Shown here: piece after piece, positions 28,496-37,976 of the stretch | Layout: each line of letters opens with the position of its first letter | Position numbering within the stretch: the first letter of the stretch is position 1 | From: Bdellovibrionota bacterium | GTDB taxonomy: Bacteria; Bdellovibrionota_C; UBA2361; JBIKWN01 | DNA: 64,000 nt | NCBI GenBank assembly: GCA_044356295.1 | Contig: JBIKWN010000004.1 | Span: 37,708 to 101,707 of the forward strand | Direction: 5' to 3' | Notes under the pieces: model-generated | The model's input: the letters and a program-made list of their open reading frames with translations, nothing else | The model's database searches: none | What the model was told of the DNA's origin: nothing | Translations under genes and position numbers: made by a program

Positions 28496-30661
28496 ATGAC
28501 CTGTGAATCCAGTAAAACGTGTGGTTGTACAAAACAACCTTGGCTCCTATTTTTATTTATTGTAGTTGGGATAGCGCTCAGATTTTGGGCACTCGATCTT
28601 CGACCACTCCATCATGATGAATCGATTCATGTTATGTTTGGTCGATATTTTTTTGATTGGCCAAATGACAATTATTATAAATATAACCCAGAATATCATG
28701 GACCACTTCTCTATAATTTGTTGAGGTTTGTGTATGAAACCTTTGGTGACTCAGAATACTCTGCACGAGGATTAATCGCAGTTTTCGGTTCTTTGTTTTT
28801 ATTCCTTCCTTACTTACTTCGAAAATATTTAGAACCTGGAATTGTACTTGCATTGACCGCTGCAATTTCACTTTCACCAACTATGATTTACTGGTCTCGT
28901 TTTGTTCGTGAAGATATTTTTGTTCTTTCTGGAATGTTGATGCTTCTTTGGGGATGTCTTGGTGCTCGTGCCGAGCTGAAAACTTTTTGGGTCCTTCTTG
29001 GTGCAGTGTTTCAATATACATCGAAAGAGAACTCATATGTAACCATTGCAATGTTTTGGGGTTTTTTTCTTGCTGATTGGCTTTGGCGCAAGATAATAGA
29101 AAAAAAATCAGAGTCCTTTCCCTTGTTATTCTTGGCACCATTTCCATTTATAGCAGGTAGTCTTTTACATCTTGGATCCTTACACTTCCCAAGATACGCA
29201 ATGGATGCAGGCGCGTTTCTAAGTATGTTGTTAATGCTAGCAGATTGCTTTCGTGCTACGTGGCGATCAGGGGAAGATGCATCTTTTGTTTCTCGAATGT
29301 ATGCACATGTATACACGTATAAGAGACATTTTCTTACTTCATTATTGTTTGCTGTAACTCTCTTTTGTTTCTTATTTAGTGCTGGTTTCCGATATCCAGA
29401 TGGGATTTTGGACGGTCTCTATTATAAAGGGATTACATATTGGGTTGAGAAGCATTCAATTGAAAGAATTAAAGGACCGTTCTTATTTCATTTCTATCAA
29501 CTTGCTTGGTATGAACTGTTTTTTATTGTCGCAATTTTTATTCATGCAGTGCATTTTTACCAGCGTCAACAGAGAGCCATACTCATCGCAATCCTATCCA
29601 CTATAGGAATTTCATTACTATGTGCCATCATTCAGGCTAATGTCTCTGGACCTTTTCAAACTGAGCCTACTTTTTTCCTTTGGAAAGCATTGAAATTAAA
29701 AGATTCATTTGATGTATTCGGAGCACCAATACTCTTTGTTCATGCAATCTTGATTCCTCTTGGACATCATCAGAAAAAAGAATGGATCCTTTCACTTTTT
29801 GGATACTGGTACGCCGCAACATTTTTTACCTATGCATATTTAGGCGAAAAAGTTCCATGGTTATCTTCCTATCCTTTAATTATGGGTTGGATCTATCTTG
29901 CCGCTTATACGGACTATGCACGTAATTATAGACAAGAATTAAAGACGATTTCCGAGAAAGCTCCTGTTGGAAAATATCTTGGGCTTATTGGTTGGATACT
30001 TCTCGTCGTTACGCTTATTTCAATAATCGAAGAGTATTTCAGATTCGAGACCATTTATGTTGCTATTCCATTTACCATATCGAAACTTCTAGAACCTTTT
30101 CAGATTTCATTAATTATTGGCCTTGGTTTAGTTGCTATCGGTTGGTTTGATAAACACTACCGGATCGTTAATGAACCAGTCATGGTAGGGCGATTTGTAT
30201 TGTTACTTTTTTCTATTTTTACTCTACGTATAGCTTTAATTACTAATTTTGAATTTAAATATCATGAATTAGGATATATCAGTCAGGTGCACACGACCCA
30301 AGAAGCCAAAAATGTTGCTGTAAAAATCCGAGATCAAATTTTAGTGAATACAGCACCGAAGGTTCCTTCGATATTTGTCGACGGCGATGCTACATGGCCG
30401 ATGACTTGGTATTTTAGAGACCTGCCAACGTATAAATTTTCTGCGACTCCTGAAGAAAAGAAAAATTTCACCTATATATTTCAAGATGAAAAAGCAGATG
30501 TTCCAGAAGGGTATGAAAAATCTGAATTGAAACTGAGAGGATGGTGGGTACCTGACTTTAGGCAAATGACGATTCGAAGATTCTTTACCATGGCACTGAA
30601 TCAAAGAACCTGGGGTGGAAATGGGTATTCAAATATTTCTTACTTAAGAAAGAAAGACTGA
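28496..30661 (+). CDS. TIGR03663/Agl23-like GT-C (PMT/GT39-like) membrane protein
   Basis: LRPLHHDESIH, YNPEYHGPLLY, SPTMIYWSRFVREDIF, SKEN, EKVPWL, WPMTWYFR, LRGWW. Confidence 0.8.
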   Translation: MTCESSKTCGCTKQPWLLFLFIVVGIALRFWALDLRPLHHDESIHVMFGRYFFDWPNDNYYKYNPEYHGPLLYNLLRFVYETFGDSEYSARGLIAVFGSLFLFLPYLLRKYLEPGIVLALTAAISLSPTMIYWSRFVREDIFVLSGMLMLLWGCLGARAELKTFWVLLGAVFQYTSKENSYVTIAMFWGFFLADWLWRKIIEKKSESFPLLFLAPFPFIAGSLLHLGSLHFPRYAMDAGAFLSMLLMLADCFRATWRSGEDASFVSRMYAHVYTYKRHFLTSLLFAVTLFCFLFSAGFRYPDGILDGLYYKGITYWVEKHSIERIKGPFLFHFYQLAWYELFFIVAIFIHAVHFYQRQQRAILIAILSTIGISLLCAIIQANVSGPFQTEPTFFLWKALKLKDSFDVFGAPILFVHAILIPLGHHQKKEWILSLFGYWYAATFFTYAYLGEKVPWLSSYPLIMGWIYLAAYTDYARNYRQELKTISEKAPVGKYLGLIGWILLVVTLISIIEEYFRFETIYVAIPFTISKLLEPFQISLIIGLGLVAIGWFDKHYRIVNEPVMVGRFVLLLFSIFTLRIALITNFEFKYHELGYISQVHTTQEAKNVAVKIRDQILVNTAPKVPSIFVDGDATWPMTWYFRDLPTYKFSATPEEKKNFTYIFQDEKADVPEGYEKSELKLRGWWVPDFRQMTIRRFFTMALNQRTWGGNGYSNISYLRKKD

Positions 30662-30756
30662 AATTATGCTAGGCTCTTTATGCTAAAAACATAAAGAATT
30701 GAACTAAATTTCATCTTATTTATCATAAATAGCATCTTTTAGTGTATACTCAATGC

Positions 30757-33723
30757 ATGTTGTTTACCCCTACCTCCCTAGAAGTAAAGGCAAGTACTAA
30801 AGATGGTTCAGTAAAAGACTATCATTGGTTTAGCTCCGCAATTGAAAAATTATTAGATGGAATACAACAGCTGAGTCGCCCAGACAAAGTGGATCGTCCA
30901 GTGGATTCTCGTCCCCAAACTGCAAACGAACTATTTTCTCAACTCACGGGCTTAATCAGTGACCATCAAAAAGAGATTTCAGAATCAGTATCACTAGAAC
31001 TTTTAGATGTTTTTAGAGCATGTACTCCGTTTCTACATCATCAAGATCTGGATAGTAGAGTTGTTATAGCAGATCGTTTTCTTGCAGAAAGTACACTTCG
31101 AGAATTTCATGAAACTATTGCAAACCTGCAACAATCAATACTTTCAATTGAACCTAACCGAATTGAAGAATTCGCAGATATCTGTATTCGTATCAATCAT
31201 CTTTTTAATATTATTGGTGAAGTAGAAAGGCTTAATCGAACACAGGGTGCTACTTTTTTTGATGACTTCTATCATTCATTCTTAGAAAAAGGATTTCAAC
31301 TACAACAAATTGATGCTCTAGAAATTATCTGGACTGGTACAGCTCATCCAAATAGGTTTGTGACACTTTCCTTAGAGAAAAGTATTGGTGAGTTGGTAGA
31401 TACTTTTGTCGGTGCAAAAGAACTTCCTCATAATAGGATTGAAGAGCTTCTTTGTACGATCCTTAAAGGACAGCTCATCCCAGATACAGCTCCTCGGCGA
31501 GTTGATGAAGCCTCGTATATCAGTCGAACGTTTGCAGAATCAGCCGTCGAGGGATTAAAAAAATTATTCAGACAAGATCTTGCTGCACGAAGAAATGTTA
31601 TGGGAATTGATGCGCCTCCACCCTCATACCGTGTAGAGCTCCATCTTTGGCCAACGTTCGATTGGGATGGTCAACGATCTCCAAATTCAGAAGAAACGTT
31701 AGATAGTATTAAACGTAATCGACAACTTGCATGTAATATTTTAGGGCATGAGCTATCAAGTTTTATTGCTCGTGCTCCCCAACATATTTTAGTTAGTACA
31801 GAACAGGGGCAACACTCTCTTGAGTCACTGCTTGCGCGGTATTTAAATCGTATTCGTGCAATTGAAAGAAACGAGAGTCATGACGATCCTATGACGTATG
31901 ATCGATTACTGAGCGGACTTGATGCAACAATAGTAGCTCTTCAGAATCATGAAGATAATAAACATTACCAATCTTTTATTGATGATTTAATGGAGTTTCG
32001 CTTCATTGCATCCAGTATCGGGCTTCACCTTTGCTCAGGTGAGCATCGACAGAATTCTGACACAAATGAAAAAGTGTTATCCCAGGTTCAGAACTTTTTC
32101 GGTTGCAGCGGATATGAAACTAAATCTGAAACAGAAAAACTTAAAATACTTTCAACGTTGCTTTCTGACCCCGAGTTGTTAGAAGAAGCAGGTAAGAAGA
32201 TCCAAGAGTCAATGAAGACGCTGCCTCAGGATGCCAAGGATCATTTTTCAGTACTCAACGTACTAAAAATGGAGCTTATTAAAAATCCACATACATGTGA
32301 TAGAAGTATTATCTCTCTTACAACAGAGAGCTCTGATATTTTAGAAGCTGAGCTACTTTTAAGGCTTGCTGGAATCAATTCTGGTAACCCGAATGCCCCA
32401 AAAAAAGGAGATGTTCGACTCGAAATTGTCCCATTATTTGAGCGCCCAGAGGATAAAGTAAGATCTGCTGCTATTTTTGATAATGCAATAAATCACTCAC
32501 AATCATTACTTTCTTTGGTCAAGAGTTTTAAAAGATTATCTGCAATGTGTGGATACTCTGATGGACAAATGAGAGGTGGACCAGGGGATCGTGAATTAAG
32601 TCGAGAGATGGAAGAGCAGTTATTTAATCTTGCAACCGATCGTGGTCTTAAACTTCGTATCCAACACGGAATTGGACCAGGTGTAGGAAGGGGGGGTGGT
32701 CTAAACGGTGATCAATCAATGCTCACTCCTGAAGCGGTTCAGTCAAAGTATATTCATTTTACGATTCAAGGTACGGCGATTGGCAAATTGCTCCGTGTGG
32801 CTGTTGCAGTATTTAGACAAGGTGCTACTGCGCTAAAAAACTATGCTGAAGGTCTTGCTCGATTCTCAAGTGTGCAAATTGCCGATAAACAATTTTATGA
32901 AGATAGTAAAAAAATCAGAAAAGATGCCTATGAGCAGGCAAGAAATCTTTATTCTGATTTCACTGGAAGAGGAAAAATAACCACTATTAATAATACAGAT
33001 GTTCCAGATGAAGATATTTTCTTTGCTTCACTCAATCTTATTTTTCCAGTATCTGATCTTGATGGATTAAAACAGGTATCGAGACCATTATTTCGCTTTG
33101 AGCAGAAGGGCGATCAAAGTTTTTTTAATGGACTTCAGAATGAACCGGAAATATGGGCTCCTTATGAAAGTTTTAGAGCCGTACCGAACAGTCAAATTTC
33201 GGATGGATCACGCCTTTCTTTCTTAAGTCTCTATAGTTGGGGACATATCATGGATCAAATTCGCGAACAGAAAGGAGATGAATTCCTTAAAGAGTTGTAT
33301 GTAAAAGACAGAGCATTTCAAGCGGATGTAAATGGTGCCTTGTTAGCATTGCAAGTTGCGCATATTCCGTTTTCTTTGGCTCTTTACCGGGCACAGTATG
33401 AATCTAAAAAAGGGGTGCCTCTGGTTGATCGATTACTGACTTCTTTTGATTTAATAGAGAAAGATTACCTCAGTTTATTAGATGCAATTGATGTACTTGA
33501 ACCAGTCATTATTCCCCGAGTAAAAAGCACTCTTACTGAAATAAGAAAAATGCGTGGTTTAAAAGATCCAACAGCTTTTGTGTTTCAAGTTATACGATCT
33601 TCTGTCACTGCTCGTCGGCACCAGGCGTATCTTGAAGGAGATAAAACTGCAATTGATCGTTACTCGCAGCTTGGAAAATATATTACATTAGTTATTGGTA
33701 CTTCACTCGATACTGGAAGTTAG
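30757..33723 (+). CDS. Highly divergent phosphoenolpyruvate carboxylase-like protein
   Basis: Colinear PEPC motifs TAHP, HRQNS, IISLT..SDILE, VPLFE, GYSD, QHG..GVGRGGG, TIQG, SRP, FRAVP, C-terminal DTGS. ATG at 30757 preferred over GTG at 30742. Confidence 0.8.
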   Translation: MLFTPTSLEVKASTKDGSVKDYHWFSSAIEKLLDGIQQLSRPDKVDRPVDSRPQTANELFSQLTGLISDHQKEISESVSLELLDVFRACTPFLHHQDLDSRVVIADRFLAESTLREFHETIANLQQSILSIEPNRIEEFADICIRINHLFNIIGEVERLNRTQGATFFDDFYHSFLEKGFQLQQIDALEIIWTGTAHPNRFVTLSLEKSIGELVDTFVGAKELPHNRIEELLCTILKGQLIPDTAPRRVDEASYISRTFAESAVEGLKKLFRQDLAARRNVMGIDAPPPSYRVELHLWPTFDWDGQRSPNSEETLDSIKRNRQLACNILGHELSSFIARAPQHILVSTEQGQHSLESLLARYLNRIRAIERNESHDDPMTYDRLLSGLDATIVALQNHEDNKHYQSFIDDLMEFRFIASSIGLHLCSGEHRQNSDTNEKVLSQVQNFFGCSGYETKSETEKLKILSTLLSDPELLEEAGKKIQESMKTLPQDAKDHFSVLNVLKMELIKNPHTCDRSIISLTTESSDILEAELLLRLAGINSGNPNAPKKGDVRLEIVPLFERPEDKVRSAAIFDNAINHSQSLLSLVKSFKRLSAMCGYSDGQMRGGPGDRELSREMEEQLFNLATDRGLKLRIQHGIGPGVGRGGGLNGDQSMLTPEAVQSKYIHFTIQGTAIGKLLRVAVAVFRQGATALKNYAEGLARFSSVQIADKQFYEDSKKIRKDAYEQARNLYSDFTGRGKITTINNTDVPDEDIFFASLNLIFPVSDLDGLKQVSRPLFRFEQKGDQSFFNGLQNEPEIWAPYESFRAVPNSQISDGSRLSFLSLYSWGHIMDQIREQKGDEFLKELYVKDRAFQADVNGALLALQVAHIPFSLALYRAQYESKKGVPLVDRLLTSFDLIEKDYLSLLDAIDVLEPVIIPRVKSTLTEIRKMRGLKDPTAFVFQVIRSSVTARRHQAYLEGDKTAIDRYSQLGKYITLVIGTSLDTGS

Positions 33724-35802
33724 AACTGTATACTTACCTTTTGTTGCAACGAGCGTTAAACAATTAAAATTATTTACATCAACTGCTCCAAAACGCTCTT
33801 GTTCAAGTGGGCCAATGACAAGGTATCGAATCTTCTCTTTATTCATTATTTCTTTAGATAATTCACAATTTTTTGAAGTATACATTTGAGTTAAGACCTC
33901 TTCTCGGCGTTTCGACTCATCATATTTTCTAGTTAAAAGATCGACGTGATTTTTCCATCCGATATAACATCTCTTTCCAGAAAGAGTACACATATGAGAA
34001 GTAAGTGAGTAAGGATTTCCAGGAGCTTCTGCAGTAATACCATCTGGTTTAATAAAGAATGTTTTTATGACTTCTCCAGCTCCCTCAAATTGTTTATCAA
34101 GAGAACTTAATCCCTGTATGCGAGGCAATACTGTGGTTGAATCAATTCTTCGCTCGTTGACGGTGTGAAAGAAGAATGGGAGGGTACAGAAAGCTAATGA
34201 CAAAAACGCTATAGGTGCTAATACCTTCGAGAGGTCTGTATCAGTAATAAGTTTTTTAAATGCATCCCGACAAATAACAATTGCAAAAATACTAAGAAAT
34301 CCCCAATTTGCAGAGTATGCTTTAAATATCGTATTCATCCTTTCGTTTTCTCCGCCGTATGGATCATCGAGAAAGAAAAGTTCTGGTAAAAGTAATAAAG
34401 CAAGGGAAGTAAGTGATAATGCACCAAAAAGAATTGTCGAAATCTCTTTCCTATTATCCTGACTTAAGAGGAATTGAGCATGTATAACAAGAAGCAGAAT
34501 GATCAATGGCAAGGCAGTACTTGAAAGTAAGCAAAATCCAAATCCAAGTACCACGATAAGACTTTGTTGCCAATTTTTTTGCAGAGCACAAAGAGCAAAG
34601 ATAATTGGAATTAATTGAAACCCAAAGTGTGAGAAAAGTTCTTTTATGGTTGTAAGAGGAATTAATTCGCTGACTCTTCTAAACGGATCACCCCCAGGGG
34701 AGATATGTTTTGAAAGAAGATAAAGAGTGATGACGCAGCCTAAGAGTAGAACAAGAATACTGGCAGTAATTTCTGAAACTTTTGTTGCAAGTAAATCTTT
34801 GTAGAAAGAAGAGATGTTTTTTAAATTATTTTCAGATGATAGTACCAAAAATAGAAGGGCACTAAATCCTATCAGAAGTAATAGAACAGGCACTTCCCAC
34901 GCATTTGCATTATATACCCATAGTGGACTAGCTATAAGAAGCATCAGAAAGAGGAACGCAAACGATGATTTTTTTCGCGCGATAAAAAGTTGATATATCC
35001 ATGTTATAAAGACAAGCAGAAGCGGTAAATTTAAATAGTGCGGGTGGAGGTCTCCGAGTAAGAATGACCAAACAGGGAATTCATTAATTGCACCTTTGAT
35101 GACTCGAGAAGGACCCCACCATGATTGACCTGTCTGATCTACTGCATAGAGTAAGCCAGCGATATTTGATCCGAATGCAATAAGAACACTATAACCAATC
35201 GCTAAATAACTTCGTAATCCACCAATCAATTGTAATACTCTTGAAAGTACAGCGATGTATAAACCAAACGTAAGGGCTTGGAGCCCATGGTAGAGTTCAT
35301 ATACTTCAAGCCCTGTGAGTTGATGAAGAACTGCGCCGAGTCGATACCAGAAAAGATAATAGTTTAAGTTTTCTCCTGGAAGCCACGGTTCAGTTGGATT
35401 AATAGGATATTTCACTACTTCTGACAGGAGGGCAAAGTCTCTGATACGCTCCCCCATTGCCACAAAATCAGGCCATAAAAGGCAAAGTTGAAAAATAATA
35501 CAGTAAGAAACTATCCAAAGAATATTTGCTTGTTGTTCTTTAAGTGTTGATAAGCTCCACACGTTTTTAAATGACCAGGTAGTACCCTCAGATTTATCTT
35601 CATTGCTTAATAGATAACAAAGCGAGAGATTTAAAATCAGTAATCCAAAGCAGAGAAAAAATCCTACCGGTATGAATTGTCCAAAGAGTGATAATTCAAT
35701 TGGTATGAATAAAAGACATGCCGTCGAAATTTCGAAGCTTTTGCCTCGAAATGGGATTGTTGCTAAGGAAAGAAATAATAGAAGTAATAAGAGGGAAATC
35801 AT
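33703..35802 (-). CDS. DUF2298 (Chlor_Arch_YYY/TIGR03662-like) GT-C membrane protein
   Basis: GERIRDF, PWLPGENLNYYLFW, INEFPVWSFLLGDLHPH, ERMNTIFK, GW..H, GPLE. Confidence 0.85.
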   Translation of the reverse strand: MISLLLLLLFLSLATIPFRGKSFEISTACLLFIPIELSLFGQFIPVGFFLCFGLLILNLSLCYLLSNEDKSEGTTWSFKNVWSLSTLKEQQANILWIVSYCIIFQLCLLWPDFVAMGERIRDFALLSEVVKYPINPTEPWLPGENLNYYLFWYRLGAVLHQLTGLEVYELYHGLQALTFGLYIAVLSRVLQLIGGLRSYLAIGYSVLIAFGSNIAGLLYAVDQTGQSWWGPSRVIKGAINEFPVWSFLLGDLHPHYLNLPLLLVFITWIYQLFIARKKSSFAFLFLMLLIASPLWVYNANAWEVPVLLLLIGFSALLFLVLSSENNLKNISSFYKDLLATKVSEITASILVLLLGCVITLYLLSKHISPGGDPFRRVSELIPLTTIKELFSHFGFQLIPIIFALCALQKNWQQSLIVVLGFGFCLLSSTALPLIILLLVIHAQFLLSQDNRKEISTILFGALSLTSLALLLLPELFFLDDPYGGENERMNTIFKAYSANWGFLSIFAIVICRDAFKKLITDTDLSKVLAPIAFLSLAFCTLPFFFHTVNERRIDSTTVLPRIQGLSSLDKQFEGAGEVIKTFFIKPDGITAEAPGNPYSLTSHMCTLSGKRCYIGWKNHVDLLTRKYDESKRREEVLTQMYTSKNCELSKEIMNKEKIRYLVIGPLEQERFGAVDVNNFNCLTLVATKGKYTVLTSSIE

Positions 35803-35810
35803 CCCCCAAT

Positions 35811-37976
35811 TTATAAACTTTTTGCGTACCGATGTGTATACAAAGAAATTGAATCGGAGGCTCCATCGATGTTATAAATTCGTTTAAAGTACGCTGGATT
35901 GTTTTTAAATTTTTCTTCAATTCTATCGCCATACAGCTCACGCTCTCTTTTACCAATAACGATAATTGAGACATTATAGCGGTTCAGTGACCTCATTGTT
36001 TGGGTAATATCGCCATCTTGATAGATGGTTCGAATATCTTTCTTCCGCTGTTCAGCATCACGAGTTCCACGTTGCTGAACGTGATACTCCCATCCAAGAA
36101 CCACAGGAAGCCCGGTATGCATGGCAAATCGAGTATATTCTTGGTAAGAGGGGCCGAAACCCTCAACCATTGTTGGAGTACCTTTTATGTTCTTATTGAG
36201 CCATTCAAATGCATTTTGCTCAGTACGATTGAACGTTTTTAGGTAGAAAGAGCCATCAAATGTTGGTCGTCCAGGACTATTAATTCTATTAAAACTACAC
36301 ATGATTCCTATCAGTAGAAACGTAGCTGCTATTGCAGGCGCAAGAATCAACGATACAGCGATCCTAGACCAGGCTGACCGGATGATCATATGACTAACTA
36401 AAATAAGGGTACCCAGAGCAAAAATACCCCAAATCACGTTATAAACCTTAAACAAAGTATTCATTCTATCCATGAAATAGAAACACTCAGCTAACGATAA
36501 AAGTATTGATGAAATTAGTAGAAGGATTCCACTGACTTTTACACGGGCAGTATTGATAAAAGAAGAAAAAATAATTGATGAGGCGGTGATTGAGATAAGG
36601 CTTGCAAAACAAAGTGGTCCAATTGGCATTTCATATGATTGACGGGCACGAGCAGCGATGAGACCAATGATAAAGGGAAGGAGGGCTGCACCAATTCCAA
36701 CAATGATTTTCCAATATGAAATGACTCGTTGTCGGTAGCGATCTCTTGAACTCCAAAGAATAACGACAGACAGTAAAATGAGAAGCAGGAAATGACCATA
36801 AATGCGAAAGATCTCAAGAAATGTATTGAATTCTTCAGGATACACATATCCCCATCCAATTTCTGTTTTTGTTTTTACACTAAGATGAAATGGTAAAGAG
36901 AAAATAATACTAAGGAATAATGTGGAGATGCCAAGAATGGATAAATTTTTCCAATGTAAAGGGAAAACTGTCAGCAAAAATACAAAGCTACAACCGACAA
37001 CAATGCCAACGGTTATATAATCCCAGCTGTTTGTAGCAACAAGCATCCCCCAACTCAGAGCCATAAAACTACAGGTTTTAATCTGTTCGTTGAAGTCAGT
37101 GAGTTGATTTTCAAAAAATGAAGACAGTGTCCTTGTAAGGAGCAAAACTGTTAAAGCAACAATTGGCAGTGCAATGAGATGTGCATGAAGATCACCAAAT
37201 AAAAAACTCCAGAGAGGATATTCATTAATACCAGGAGTATGAAGCGTTCTGCTTGTTGCCCAATAGAGGTCAAATCCAATCGGTTTAAAGCCAGTAAAAA
37301 GTACCCACCAGGTATCGTAAGTGGCAAGAAAACAAATCAATATTGAAAAAAAACTAGATAGTCTTTGTGAGCAAAAGTTTCTAAGAATTAAATAGAATGT
37401 TGTAGCAAACTGCGCTGCAACAATAGCAAGAGAGAAGCTATATCCGATTGTGGGACTTAATCCAGATAGCTTATGAAGCAGACCAAACTGGAATACTCCG
37501 AAATAGTAATATCCCAAGCCATTACCACTAGCCCATGGGTCCGTAGGAGGGAGCGACTGTAATCTTGTAAAATAGTTTAGGAAAGTAAAATCCATCGGTT
37601 TTTCACCCCAATAGATTTCAGGGTGAAATGTACTTTGAAGCCACGTAAACAAGAGAATACCAACATAGAAAAGCTCAATAGTAATCATCTCACTTTTATC
37701 TGGAAGAACAGACTCAAACGAGTCTCGCTTTTGGAAATAGAGATAGGTGCAAAGTAATAAACCTACAAAACTCAAAGATGCAATCAGGAAAGTATCTTCT
37801 TTTGTAATCAAACCTACGATCCAAACAAAGTAGCTAAAAAGAGTAAAACTAAAAACTTTAGAAACTCCATACGCTGTTCTTCGACAAGAAATCAAAGATA
37901 AGAAAAAAGGATACAAGAGGAACTGAATCGTTACGCTAATCGATAGCCAGATAAAAATACTGATTATGGAAGCCAT
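35811..37976 (-). CDS. DUF2298 (Chlor_Arch_YYY/TIGR03662-like) GT-C membrane protein
   Basis: GEKPMDF, PPTDPWASG..LGYYYFG, INEYPLWSFLFGDLHAH, NSWD, RMNTLFK, LGWEYHVQQRG. Confidence 0.9.
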   Translation of the reverse strand: MASIISIFIWLSISVTIQFLLYPFFLSLISCRRTAYGVSKVFSFTLFSYFVWIVGLITKEDTFLIASLSFVGLLLCTYLYFQKRDSFESVLPDKSEMITIELFYVGILLFTWLQSTFHPEIYWGEKPMDFTFLNYFTRLQSLPPTDPWASGNGLGYYYFGVFQFGLLHKLSGLSPTIGYSFSLAIVAAQFATTFYLILRNFCSQRLSSFFSILICFLATYDTWWVLFTGFKPIGFDLYWATSRTLHTPGINEYPLWSFLFGDLHAHLIALPIVALTVLLLTRTLSSFFENQLTDFNEQIKTCSFMALSWGMLVATNSWDYITVGIVVGCSFVFLLTVFPLHWKNLSILGISTLFLSIIFSLPFHLSVKTKTEIGWGYVYPEEFNTFLEIFRIYGHFLLLILLSVVILWSSRDRYRQRVISYWKIIVGIGAALLPFIIGLIAARARQSYEMPIGPLCFASLISITASSIIFSSFINTARVKVSGILLLISSILLSLAECFYFMDRMNTLFKVYNVIWGIFALGTLILVSHMIIRSAWSRIAVSLILAPAIAATFLLIGIMCSFNRINSPGRPTFDGSFYLKTFNRTEQNAFEWLNKNIKGTPTMVEGFGPSYQEYTRFAMHTGLPVVLGWEYHVQQRGTRDAEQRKKDIRTIYQDGDITQTMRSLNRYNVSIIVIGKRERELYGDRIEEKFKNNPAYFKRIYNIDGASDSISLYTHRYAKSL

